This document shows positions 24,921 to 33,435 of a stretch of 34,852 nt of DNA, one piece after another (the first letter of the stretch is position 1; every line of letters starts with the position of its first letter). Under the pieces are notes generated by a model. The model was given only the letters and a program-made list of their open reading frames with translations, was not told the origin of the DNA and searched no databases. Source of the DNA: a virus; the IMG/VR virus record IMGVR_UViG_3300026985_000012, positions 1-34,852 of that record; one strand, given 5' to 3'. Both the position numbers and the translations under genes were made by a program.

Positions 24921-25100
24921 GGGCTAACTATCCTTGCGAACCTTAAGTAATTACTGTTGGTGCTACTCAATAGTTCTAACTAATAGTTAGATATAAGTAC
25001 CCACAGGATAGACTTGTTAGTAGGAAGCGCGGGACGCCGGTCAAAATCTGGCCGGGGCGTGTTTGGACCACGCCCGACCGCGCTGTCCACTAACGACAGC
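24921..25100. promoter_or_regulatory. Divergent promoter/operator region A
   Basis: A/T-rich; TTAAG on minus strand ~25 nt before the repressor ATG; TATAAG 24992-24997; perfect inverted repeat TCTAACTA-A-TAGTTAGA 24975-24991. Confidence 0.75.
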
Positions 25101-25484
25101 ATGTCAACCACGAATCCGACACCCCAAAACGGTTCTGCTAGCACCGACAGCGATGCGGACACGATCACCGACCTGCGCGACCTGCGTCGCGGCGACGAGG
25201 TCGTCTTCGGCGACCGGCAGCGCCCCCTCGAGGTCGTCGACGTCGGCGTCCGCACCGTCACCGACGAGCGCATCGACGCGCAACTGGAGACGCCGCTGGT
25301 GCGCGTCCAGGGCGACTGGGACGGCGCCGTCGACCGCGTCCTCGCGCACAAGCTCAACCGCTGGGACGATGGCATCCGCCTGGAGGAGCTCGACGCGATC
25401 GTCGCCTGCGAGGGCGCCGACCTGCAGCGCGGCGAGGTCGTGACCGTCCAGCGCGTCGCCCGCAGCGAGGAGGTGGAAGCATGA
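25101..25484 (+). CDS. Hypothetical early protein (SH3-like beta)
   Basis: ATG 25101; DLRRGDEVVFGDRQRPLEVVDV. Confidence 0.7.
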   Translation: MSTTNPTPQNGSASTDSDADTITDLRDLRRGDEVVFGDRQRPLEVVDVGVRTVTDERIDAQLETPLVRVQGDWDGAVDRVLAHKLNRWDDGIRLEELDAIVACEGADLQRGEVVTVQRVARSEEVEA

Positions 25485-25879
25485 ACGTCAGAGCCACGTC
25501 CCTCACGGCGAACTACAACCACACGCTCGCGATGAACGCCGGACGCGAGCTGGAGCAGGAGGGCCGCACAGTTCACCTCTCATCACTCGACGTCGAGTGT
25601 TCCGCTGAGACCGCCGATCGAGACCGGACGCAGTTCGAGTTCCACTGGGTCGTCGATCAGGAGGCAAGTGACATCACACTCGAGACGGTCAAGACACCGC
25701 ACGATGACAGCGCGCCGGCAGACCGTCTCAACGCGGCTGCCGAGCTCGCGGACGATGTCGTCCACGAGTTCCTCGTCGATGTCGATCTCGACATGACGAT
25801 GACAAATCCGCTAACCACGCCGGGCGTCCAGGGACGTGCGGATGTCTTCTCCGACCTCGAGGTGACGGCCGATGCCTGA
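25481..25879 (+). CDS. Hypothetical protein
   Basis: ATGA overlap; acidic. Confidence 0.7.
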   Translation: MNVRATSLTANYNHTLAMNAGRELEQEGRTVHLSSLDVECSAETADRDRTQFEFHWVVDQEASDITLETVKTPHDDSAPADRLNAAAELADDVVHEFLVDVDLDMTMTNPLTTPGVQGRADVFSDLEVTADA

Positions 25880-26273
25880 GCAGGGTGCCATCGACGCCGA
25901 CTTCGACGACGCCGAGTCCCCGTACGAAGAGCGCGTCGCCGACGCCCTCGAGGACGTCCGCACCGAGCCCGTCCCGGGTAGCCTCGCGATCGACCTGGTG
26001 ACGCGCCAGCTGCTGTTCGTCCGCTCGAAGGTCGCCGACACGCTCGGCGAGTACTACGAGCAGGAGAACTTCGACCTCGCGACGTACGGGCCCCACCCGT
26101 GGCTGCCGGTGTCGGTCGACGACGCCGCGTACGAGTGCTACTACGTCAACGACCTCTCGCTCGACAGCCTCGACGAGCTCGGAGACCTCAACGACTACGC
26201 ATTTCCTGAAGGACGGCTGGCCGTCGTCGGCGTTGAGCAGGCCTGGGCCGAGGGGGGTGTCGGTGATGTCTAG
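25872..26273 (+). CDS. Hypothetical halovirus-type protein
   Basis: Acidic; YECYY and YAFPEGRL motifs; overlaps at both ends. Confidence 0.75.
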   Translation: MPEQGAIDADFDDAESPYEERVADALEDVRTEPVPGSLAIDLVTRQLLFVRSKVADTLGEYYEQENFDLATYGPHPWLPVSVDDAAYECYYVNDLSLDSLDELGDLNDYAFPEGRLAVVGVEQAWAEGGVGDV

Positions 26274-26646
26274 CGCCAACGCCAGTGACGTCGTCGACGC
26301 CACGACGGGCCCGGGCACGTTCGACGAGCGCGCGGCGAAGGCACTCACTGAGTCGATGACGGTCCTCGACGACTCGCTCGAGCACGACCTTCGCGATGAG
26401 GAGTTCCGCGTCTACACGCCGACCGGGACGTACACCGTCGACATGGTGGCAGAGACGTGCGACTGCCCCGACGCGCTCCACCGGGGCGTCCGGTGTAAGC
26501 ACCAGCGCCGTGTCGACTACGCTCGCGGCGCCGTGCCGATCCCGGGGTGGGTCGACCGGTCGGCGATCGACCCGCAGCTGGGCCAGCATCTCTCGGGGAG
26601 TCCGCGCATCGCGACGATGGACGGTCGGACGGAGGTGCTCGACTGA
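26266..26646 (+). CDS. SWIM zinc-finger protein
   Basis: YTVD....TCDCPD..HRGVRCKHQRRV = CxC-xn-CxH. Confidence 0.85.
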   Translation: MSSANASDVVDATTGPGTFDERAAKALTESMTVLDDSLEHDLRDEEFRVYTPTGTYTVDMVAETCDCPDALHRGVRCKHQRRVDYARGAVPIPGWVDRSAIDPQLGQHLSGSPRIATMDGRTEVLD

Positions 26647-27065
26647 TGGACGACGACATGGGTCACGCCTCGTCGGTCGCTGAGCAGCTGCGGCAGGCCG
26701 AGGAGGACGGCGACATCCCGGCGTCGAGTCCCGAGCGGAGCTCGATCCGACTGGCCGTCGACGGCGAGCTGCTCGACGCCAACAACCCGATCGACTACCT
26801 CGTCGCGCTGCTCCTCGAGGGCAAGCGCTACGACGGCAACTGGGACGGCGACGAGATGGAGCTCACGAAGTGGGCGATCGCCTCGTGGTGCCAGGAGATC
26901 GGGTGGGCTCCGGACCTCACCGGCTACGAACCTGGCGAGCAGGTCGACCGCGGCGACGAGATCCCGTACTGCAACGCGGCGTTCTACACCCACGAACTCC
27001 ACGGCGGTGCGGGCGCCGTGCTCTCGGACACCGACGATACCGACCAAGAGGGTGACGATGCCTGA
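26646..27065 (+). CDS. Hypothetical protein
   Basis: TGATG overlap; acidic. Confidence 0.7.
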   Translation: MDDDMGHASSVAEQLRQAEEDGDIPASSPERSSIRLAVDGELLDANNPIDYLVALLLEGKRYDGNWDGDEMELTKWAIASWCQEIGWAPDLTGYEPGEQVDRGDEIPYCNAAFYTHELHGGAGAVLSDTDDTDQEGDDA

Positions 27066-27210
27066 TCAAGACGCCGATGACGTTGCTCACGTCCCGGTAG
27101 ATCCATCCGTCCCGGTTGAAGCGCCGCCGTCCGAGGGGTTCGACCCCGATGAGGTGATCGAACGGTGGAAACAGATCGAGTCGAACGGGGGTGACGCCCT
27201 TGCCGAGTGA
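27058..27210 (+). CDS. Hypothetical protein (50 aa)
   Basis: GGTGA SD, ATGCCTGA overlap. Confidence 0.6.
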   Translation: MPDQDADDVAHVPVDPSVPVEAPPSEGFDPDEVIERWKQIESNGGDALAE

Positions 27211-27454
27211 TCGATCCGGAGACGAAGTCGATCATGACGATCTCCCCACGATCGAGTACGTCGGCGCCGACGGCGTCCGTCGCGAGCTCGACTTCCAGCG
27301 GGCTCCCCACGCACCCTGGCGAGCGCTGCTCGTCGAGAGTGAGGAGACCGACGGCGAGATGCGCCACGTCGGGACCGAGCAGCTGTCCGAGCTCCGGATC
27401 GACGGCGAGGCGCGGGCGGCCGTGTCGCTGGTCGACGTGCTCGAGGGGCCGTAG
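27191..27454 (+). CDS. Hypothetical protein (start uncertain, TTG 27200 possible)
   Basis: Acidic, beta-rich; abuts next ATG. Confidence 0.65.
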   Translation: MTPLPSDRSGDEVDHDDLPTIEYVGADGVRRELDFQRAPHAPWRALLVESEETDGEMRHVGTEQLSELRIDGEARAAVSLVDVLEGP

Positions 27455-27694
27455 ATGCGGTCGTTCAGCTCGCCAGAGACACACTTCGAGATCGTGCCCT
27501 CGGGCAGCCCACCGAGCGTCGACGGGCTCTCGATGACGGAGCCGAAGTACCTCCGGTGTAGCGCGTGCAGCGCACAGGTCCGTATCGACGGCCCAGACGA
27601 GACGCAGACGACGATCGACAACCTACCGCACGACCGCGACTGCCCGCAGCGCGGGGTCGCGAGTCGGTACTACGAAGACCGGTTCGTGCGGTAG
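27455..27694 (+). CDS. Small zinc-binding protein
   Basis: CSAC ... HDRDC. Confidence 0.75.
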   Translation: MRSFSSPETHFEIVPSGSPPSVDGLSMTEPKYLRCSACSAQVRIDGPDETQTTIDNLPHDRDCPQRGVASRYYEDRFVR

Positions 27695-27717
27695 GACTAC
27701 TTTCACGCCCTGGCATC

Positions 27718-27722
27718 TTTTC
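27718..27722 (+). terminator. Oligo-T candidate terminator of early operon A
   Basis: TTTTT 24 nt after the stop of 27455-27694. Confidence 0.4.
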
Positions 27723-27815
27723 TCAACTGCCCTAACAGTCAGCGAGCGGTGACTGTCGCCCGACGGATGGCCTCCGTACATGTGATTTCACTTTCAGCTC
27801 GGCCAAGAATTCGCA

Positions 27816-27822
27816 TTATATA
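27816..27822 (+). promoter_or_regulatory. TATA box for a probable leaderless transcript
   Basis: TTATATA centred ~28 nt upstream of ATG 27847. Confidence 0.55.
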
Positions 27823-27846
27823 CTCCCCACGTCTCATCGAAGTTGC

Positions 27847-28119
27847 ATGTCGACACAGCGTCACGCCCCACCGGAGCCTCCGTCGGCGACGATCGACGCC
27901 GACGAGGTCGTCACGATCGACCGCACCCAGACGCCCGACCGGTGGCGCTACACCTGCCCCTACGGGCACACCGACTGGGATCGCACGAACTGTCACGCGT
28001 GGTGTCCGGCTTGCCGCCAACTGAACGAGTCCGGGCTCGACGTCGACCCCGAGCACTACCGGATCCTGGATAAGAAACGCGAGGTGATGATCCCGTGGGA
28101 GCAGCTGGAGCTGGAGTGA
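27847..28119 (+). CDS. Zinc-finger protein
   Basis: YTCPYGH..W....HAWCPAC. Confidence 0.8.
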   Translation: MSTQRHAPPEPPSATIDADEVVTIDRTQTPDRWRYTCPYGHTDWDRTNCHAWCPACRQLNESGLDVDPEHYRILDKKREVMIPWEQLELE

Positions 28120-28244
28120 CCCCGGAAGTGAGGCCCCGGTTTATGTCTCCCGCGCCGGCAGGCGAGTGTGTGGTCTCGACGACTACCCCCTCCGAAATAC
28201 ACCCCCTGCTTATCGGGAGTGCGAGCAACAGGCAAACCGGGATG

Positions 28245-28541
28245 TCAGGAATCAGTCGGCTCGAGCTCGGCGGCGTCGAGTTCCTCGTCGAGGTAGGCGC
28301 GGCCGTCGTCAGTGAGGCGATAGAGTCCTTCGACATCGGCGACGCGTTCAGTCAGGCCGTAGCGCGCAAGCGCAGACATCCGCATACTAGCGTGGCTTGC
28401 CGTACACACGCCGAGGTTCTCGATCGCCTGTGGTGTAAGATTCCCCTCGTCGCGGAGGTGTTCCATAATACGCCCGTCTACTGGGCGCATCCAGTCTGCG
28501 CGCTGTCTAACCACGCCCCGATTTGCGGTAGTAGTGCTCAT
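28245..28541 (-). CDS. phiH1 repressor-like winged-HTH protein, repressor B
   Basis: RQRADWMRPVDGRIMEHLRDEGNLTP...RMSALARYGLTERV..GLYRLTDDGRAYLDEELDA is the family pattern. Confidence 0.88.
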   Translation of the reverse strand: MSTTTANRGVVRQRADWMRPVDGRIMEHLRDEGNLTPQAIENLGVCTASHASMRMSALARYGLTERVADVEGLYRLTDDGRAYLDEELDAAELEPTDS

Positions 28542-28744
28542 GAGACTATCGATATAGTGAATTACGGTGGTGCTACCTATAATATTGATGGTAATACACA
28601 GACTAGTGTTAGTAGTACCTTAACAAGTTATTTGTAGGAGGGGCCGCAAGTACCAGTTGACCTGGCCTTCGCGGGAAAACCCGCCGGCGCTGCAACGCCG
28701 ACGGCCGGTCACCCTAGCAAAACCCTCGTGACGAGGGTTTTCAG
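28542..28744. promoter_or_regulatory. Divergent promoter/operator region B
   Basis: A/T-rich; shares AATTAC, TGGTGCTAC, CACAG and TGTTAGTAG in the same order with region A. Confidence 0.75.
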
Positions 28745-29296
28745 ATGACCATGAGTACGTTAGACAACCGGGGTCAAAAATCCGGCCCCAACGATGAGCG
28801 GACCGAATCCAAGTACGTCCGTCGAGAGATGAGCTCGTCCGCAGTCCCGTATATGCGGACTGAAGTCAACAACTACGGCCACGTCGTGTGGCGCCAGAAG
28901 ACATCGAATCAGGAGAATATTTCTGTTCCTGTCCACCGGCTACTACTCGTCGCTGAATACGGCGTTGATGCCGTCGTCGGGAAACACGTCCACCACAAGA
29001 ACGAGATTCCATTCGACAACCGTATCGAGAATTTAGAGCTACTCGATCCCGAGGAGCACAGCCGACACCACAGCGAAGGATCCGACATCAGCGATGTTGA
29101 GCTCCTCGCCGATTTGCGAGCTGGTGCTGCTGTTCTCGACCGGCGTCCGAAGAAGTGTGACGTCAACAACTGGGGGAGCTACCACAGTTCGACTTACTAT
29201 AGACGGTTCGACGGCGACTGGGATGAGATCTGCTCACTGGCAGGTATCGACGAGGGCGGAAACATCGACGGCGACTGGTGGAGGGAGCAGGAATGA
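28745..29296 (+). CDS. HNH endonuclease with C-terminal homing-endonuclease-associated repeat
   Basis: VHRLLL...HVHHKNEIPFDNRIENLELL...EH..HH; C-terminal ELLADL....L.R.P......WGSYHSSTYYRRF..W...C..AG. Confidence 0.85.
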   Translation: MTMSTLDNRGQKSGPNDERTESKYVRREMSSSAVPYMRTEVNNYGHVVWRQKTSNQENISVPVHRLLLVAEYGVDAVVGKHVHHKNEIPFDNRIENLELLDPEEHSRHHSEGSDISDVELLADLRAGAAVLDRRPKKCDVNNWGSYHSSTYYRRFDGDWDEICSLAGIDEGGNIDGDWWREQE

Positions 29297-29463
29297 GCGA
29301 CTCAGGTACGAGGTCTGCTCATGACCCCAACGACGGCAGTACCGACACCGAGTACGAACAGCGACAGTATCAGTTCGGCGGCGACTACGTCATCAGCTCC
29401 AGCGCCGCGGCAGGCGCATGGGTAAGCGCGACGTATCCCACCGACCTCATGGAGGCTCGGTGA
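29293..29463 (+). CDS. Hypothetical protein (56 aa)
   Basis: ATGA overlap; ends AWVSATYPTDLMEAR. Confidence 0.65.
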   Translation: MSDSGTRSAHDPNDGSTDTEYEQRQYQFGGDYVISSSAAAGAWVSATYPTDLMEAR

Positions 29464-29702
29464 TGACCGTCGACGACAACCTTGTCGAGGTGGTCGAGCA
29501 GCTGCCCGACGCTGACCCTGAGAGTATCGTCCAAGCGGACGACGGGCACGGTCACTTCGTCTTCAACGCTGACGCCGACGAGCAGGATGTCGATCAGATC
29601 GACGAGGTGCTTGAAGCGGCCGGCTACGAGCGCAACGGACACCTCTCGGTTCCCGGGATGGACCAGCAGAACTTCACGCCGATCGAGGAGGATGAGGAGT
29701 GA
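29463..29702 (+). CDS. Hypothetical acidic protein
   Basis: TGATG overlaps at both ends. Confidence 0.7.
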   Translation: MTVDDNLVEVVEQLPDADPESIVQADDGHGHFVFNADADEQDVDQIDEVLEAAGYERNGHLSVPGMDQQNFTPIEEDEE

Positions 29703-30130
29703 TGCCGGCCGACTACTCCGACGTCGACGTGCGCACCACCCAGTGCGCATATCCACGGTACGACTACGAGGATACGACATCGGTGTTCATGCGCGGCAAT
29801 TCGGGCACCTTCCACGCCGACAAGCGCTGTCCGAATCTCCTCATGCACGCTGACGAAGACCACGCCGACCTGGGCGATCGCGAGAAGGTTGTCTGCATGG
29901 ACGAGCGCCCGCTTCCAGACATTCTCTCGACGTGGCTCGACCCGGTCAAAGCGTGCACGTACTGCACACTCCCGATGATGGAGACTGCGCGAGTCGCCGT
30001 TCAGCAGGACGGGATGAGCGCTCGGATGCTCAAGATATTCGAACGTGGTGAACAGCGCGTCCATACTCGTGTTCGTCGGACACCGTCCGGCGAGACGACC
30101 GTCTCCGAGTCAGCCGAGGTGATCGACTGA
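29702..30130 (+). CDS. Putative zinc-binding protein
   Basis: FHADKRC ... CTYC. Confidence 0.7.
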   Translation: MPADYSDVDVRTTQCAYPRYDYEDTTSVFMRGNSGTFHADKRCPNLLMHADEDHADLGDREKVVCMDERPLPDILSTWLDPVKACTYCTLPMMETARVAVQQDGMSARMLKIFERGEQRVHTRVRRTPSGETTVSESAEVID

Positions 30131-30861
30131 TGCGCGCGACGATCCTCGGGCTCGCCCGCGACGAGATCGCCGATCCGTCCATCGAGAGCCGTGTCGAGAA
30201 CGCCACCTACCCGGCGATCGACGCGACCGCCTACGAGCGGCTTGACGGCACCACGGTGTACGCCGGCGACGCTGCGGCGAAGATCGACACGGAGCGCGAG
30301 ACGATCTACGTCTCCGACGATGCGATCATCACTGAGACTGAGAAGGGTAAGGAGGACGTCTTCTGTGAGTGGATCGCCGACCTCACCGAGGGCTGGCTCG
30401 GCGTCAACCGCTCGGACGGCGACTGGCTGTTCGACACGCTCGGCGCTGCGAATGGAACGCTCATCGAGCGCGCCCAGATCGACGTCGACGGCTTCGCCGA
30501 GTACCTGAGCGACTACCCGAACGCCGACGCGTGGAACACCACGCAGACGCGGAGTCTCGACGCTGACGACGACGCCGAGGAGTCGACGATCAAGTACCAC
30601 GACGCGGCGCACCTCTCGGAGACGGGCGGCAGTCGGCAGACGACGATGCTCGGGTTTGAGTACTGGTGGGACGGCGACTACGTCCGCGGTGTCGTCTCCG
30701 AGAGCGGCTACGTCGCACTGTTCGACGGCGGGGACAAGGCCGGGACGTACGCGGCGTTCATCAACTCGGAGATCCTGCCGTTCGCGTCGCTCCCCGAGGA
30801 GTACCAGGGCGCGCTCGGCGACGCTCGCGACGCCCAGGAGGTGAGCGCCGATGGCGAGTGA
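30130..30861 (+). CDS. Hypothetical protein (243 aa)
   Basis: Long acidic ORF with coupled ends. Confidence 0.75.
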   Translation: MRATILGLARDEIADPSIESRVENATYPAIDATAYERLDGTTVYAGDAAAKIDTERETIYVSDDAIITETEKGKEDVFCEWIADLTEGWLGVNRSDGDWLFDTLGAANGTLIERAQIDVDGFAEYLSDYPNADAWNTTQTRSLDADDDAEESTIKYHDAAHLSETGGSRQTTMLGFEYWWDGDYVRGVVSESGYVALFDGGDKAGTYAAFINSEILPFASLPEEYQGALGDARDAQEVSADGE

Positions 30862-31090
30862 TCGCCCGCGTAACGAGGGTGTCGAACGCGACGAACTCCC
30901 CACGGAGGTGTACGCGCGTCACACTGACTTCACGACTGTCGGTATGAAGACGACGGTCGCGCGTCGGATGGTGGGCTGGCTTCGTGAGTACGCCGACTAC
31001 TGCGAGATCGCGGGCAACGACGCGAGTGCCGACGCTGCGCGATCAATCGCGAGCCGACTCAACGCTGAGGTGGGCGCCGATGCCGAGTGA
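30851..31090 (+). CDS. Hypothetical protein
   Basis: Overlaps at both ends; helical C-half. Confidence 0.65.
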   Translation: MASDRPRNEGVERDELPTEVYARHTDFTTVGMKTTVARRMVGWLREYADYCEIAGNDASADAARSIASRLNAEVGADAE

Positions 31091-32027
31091 CGAGCACTCG
31101 GCGACGACCGACGTCGTCACGCTCGCGAAGACCGCCGACGGGCTCGGCGAGTCGGTCGCCCGGCGCCTCGAGGACCACGGCATCGAGACGGTCGCGGACA
31201 TCCTGATCGCCGACGAGGGTGCGCTCACGGACGTGCCGTACGTCTCCGACCTGCGCGCCGACACGCTGCGCGAGGTCGCCAGCCGCATCGTCGACGACGA
31301 GCCGGCACCGGAGCCGCGCGACATCGACCTGGAGGCGACCGAGAGCGTGGTGAGCGAGACCGCGATCCCGCTGTCGGTGCGGCGCGGAGAGGCGGTTCTC
31401 GCGAAGAGCGCTGGGAAGGGGTCGAAAGACATCTACCACACGCGGGCCTGCCACGTCGTTCGTAGCTGCGACGGCCTAATCGAGCGCGAGCCACGCTACG
31501 TCGAAGATCGTGACTACGAGGAGTGCCAGTTCTGCGCAGACCCAGAGACCGTAGCTCGGAACAGTATGAAGTCGTCACAGTCGGATGCTCCCGACCCGCT
31601 CGTCGACCCACGCGAGGTCGTTCTCGAAGCGACGATCGGCGAGAAGCTGAATCTCACGATGGCCGACCGTGACGGCTACGCGTGTGCATGGGCTGTCATC
31701 GACGTCGACGAGCCGACGACGTGGGAGACGCCGACCGGCGACACCTGGCAAACGCGCCGGATCCGGATCTCCCAGAAGATGAACGGCGAGGAGCACTACT
31801 CGGAGTGTGACCTCGTCGTCGCCGCGGACGAGGTCCGGCTAGAAGACCCGCCCGTGAAGCGACAGAGCGCGCAGCCGAACGCGCCCAGCTGGCGTCTCGA
31901 GTCGGTCGGGGCCGTCGGTCGCGTCGCCCCGTCGACACACGCGCAGCTGCAGGGCCGGCTCGAAGACCAGGACGCGAAGCCCGAGGGCGACGACTCTTGG
32001 CGGAAGTACCAGCGGGGTGAGGCATGA
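31080..32027 (+). CDS. HhH-domain and zinc-motif protein
   Basis: DGLGESVARRLEDHGIETVADIL (HhH); YHTRAC ... CQFC; ATG 31080. Confidence 0.75.
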   Translation: MPSDEHSATTDVVTLAKTADGLGESVARRLEDHGIETVADILIADEGALTDVPYVSDLRADTLREVASRIVDDEPAPEPRDIDLEATESVVSETAIPLSVRRGEAVLAKSAGKGSKDIYHTRACHVVRSCDGLIEREPRYVEDRDYEECQFCADPETVARNSMKSSQSDAPDPLVDPREVVLEATIGEKLNLTMADRDGYACAWAVIDVDEPTTWETPTGDTWQTRRIRISQKMNGEEHYSECDLVVAADEVRLEDPPVKRQSAQPNAPSWRLESVGAVGRVAPSTHAQLQGRLEDQDAKPEGDDSWRKYQRGEA

Positions 32028-32155
32028 GCACCCAGTACCGCGTCGTCGACCGCGTCGCTCGCGAGACGGGGAAGAAGCTCGCCGAGACGGACGCCGTTCT
32101 CGCACATGACGACGAGGAGGCGTACGTCCTCGAGGAGGTGGAGGATGAAAACTGA
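32024..32155 (+). CDS. Hypothetical protein (43 aa)
   Basis: Not in ORF track; GGTGA SD, ATGA overlap; MSTQYRVVDRVARETGKKLAETDAVLAHDDEEAYVLEEVEDEN. Confidence 0.65.
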   Translation: MSTQYRVVDRVARETGKKLAETDAVLAHDDEEAYVLEEVEDEN

Positions 32156-33011
32156 TCCCGGTAATAGGGGGGAGGAGAACCGGGATGCAGATGCACCTCT
32201 GACAGGCGGGGACAGTAGCCCCAACAACAACGTAACATCCGCCAAACAAATAAGTTCGCTACCCAGAAACAACGCCCTGATTGCTGACGGCGGGACGACT
32301 GCATCCGAGATCGTCGACGAGCATCGCGAACACGCATCCGACCCTGACGAGTATCGGCACGACTGCTCGACCGGGCGGACACGTGAGGTCGTCACCGAGT
32401 GGGTCGCCACGCACGTCGACGACTACACGGTCGCATCGTCGTCGAAGATTTACAACGACGTCGACGCCGACGACGTCCGCATCCAGGACATCGGCCGGAC
32501 GCTCGGCAGTCGGCATGTTGGCGAGACGCCCGACGGCTTCCTCGAGGATGTCGAGCTCGGGAAGTGGCGCGACAGCAAGCCGATCAAGTGGGAGTTCACT
32601 CGCATCGCTGGCGAAGCGACGGGGGTGAGCGCTGGACAGACTCTCCGCAAGCCCGAGCTCGTTCGCGACATCTCGGCGGCGCTCGATACCGATGTCTCCG
32701 AGGGCTACAACTGTCACCACGACCACGAGACCGAGCGGGTCGACATCCGCATCTCGTGGCTGCGCACCGTCCTCCGAGCAGTCGCGACGGCCGTCGGTGA
32801 CGACATCGAGTCGTACCTGAGCGACGAGCAGCCCGAGCACGTCGACGATCCGGTTGACCAGCTCACCAAGCTCGGCGTGAGTCGCGTGCTCGAACGCGTC
32901 CTCGATACCGATGACCGCCTCGGTACGAGTGACGGGTGGTCCCGCTCGACGCTGCTCGTGGTCCACGAAGTCCTCGTCGAAGGTCGCGACCCGAGCGAGG
33001 TGGACGCATGA
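32145..33011 (+). CDS. Hypothetical protein (288 aa)
   Basis: GGAGG SD before ATG 32145; acidic; LIADGG motif. Confidence 0.7.
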   Translation: MKTDPGNRGEENRDADAPLTGGDSSPNNNVTSAKQISSLPRNNALIADGGTTASEIVDEHREHASDPDEYRHDCSTGRTREVVTEWVATHVDDYTVASSSKIYNDVDADDVRIQDIGRTLGSRHVGETPDGFLEDVELGKWRDSKPIKWEFTRIAGEATGVSAGQTLRKPELVRDISAALDTDVSEGYNCHHDHETERVDIRISWLRTVLRAVATAVGDDIESYLSDEQPEHVDDPVDQLTKLGVSRVLERVLDTDDRLGTSDGWSRSTLLVVHEVLVEGRDPSEVDA

Positions 33012-33100
33012 GGTGGTCACTCCGGATCACGGCGCAGTGGGTGACGCTCGGCGCCGCCGTTGTGCTCGGCGCGATGCTCCTCATGGAGGTGGGGCTGTGA
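33008..33100 (+). CDS. Single-TM micropeptide (30 aa)
   Basis: MRWSLRITAQWVTLGAAVVLGAMLLMEVGL; ATGA and GTGA overlaps. Confidence 0.6.
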   Translation: MRWSLRITAQWVTLGAAVVLGAMLLMEVGL

Positions 33101-33435
33101 GTATCGACCCTGTCGAGGTCATCACCCCGCACTGCGCCGGGCGGATGCACGACCGGACGACCGGCGAGCTCGTCTCCGCCGCGGTCGCGTACGAGCGTGG
33201 CGTCACCGTGACGATCCCGACGACCGCGCCGGTCCCGGATCACGACGAGGCTGTCTACGACGAGCTGACGGACACGGTCGTGTTCAGGCGGGATCGTGCG
33301 CTCGTGACGGTGTACGGGCTTTCGCCGGCGCACCTCACGAACATCAACGGCGTCGCCGTTGCGGCCGCTGTCGACGAGCAGTGCGAGACGGAGTACTGTG
33401 CGAAGATCGATCCGCGGAACCTGGAGGGCTACTGA
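33097..33435 (+). CDS. DUF4258/RelE-like fold protein (possible RNase)
   Basis: ITPHCAGRMHDR ... VVFRRDRALVTVY resembles the T-x-H-A-x-x-R-M-x-x-R ... V-T-V pattern. Confidence 0.55.
   Translation: MSIDPVEVITPHCAGRMHDRTTGELVSAAVAYERGVTVTIPTTAPVPDHDEAVYDELTDTVVFRRDRALVTVYGLSPAHLTNINGVAVAAAVDEQCETEYCAKIDPRNLEGY

Noticed and set aside
28120-28244. CCGGTTT/AAACCGG and smaller stems between convergent genes
   Set aside because: Short and expected for a bidirectional termination zone in GC-rich DNA.
23580-30861. Many proteins ending in DG, DGE or DA
   Set aside because: A by-product of overlapping start codons (GATGGCTGA, GCATGA), not a functional motif.
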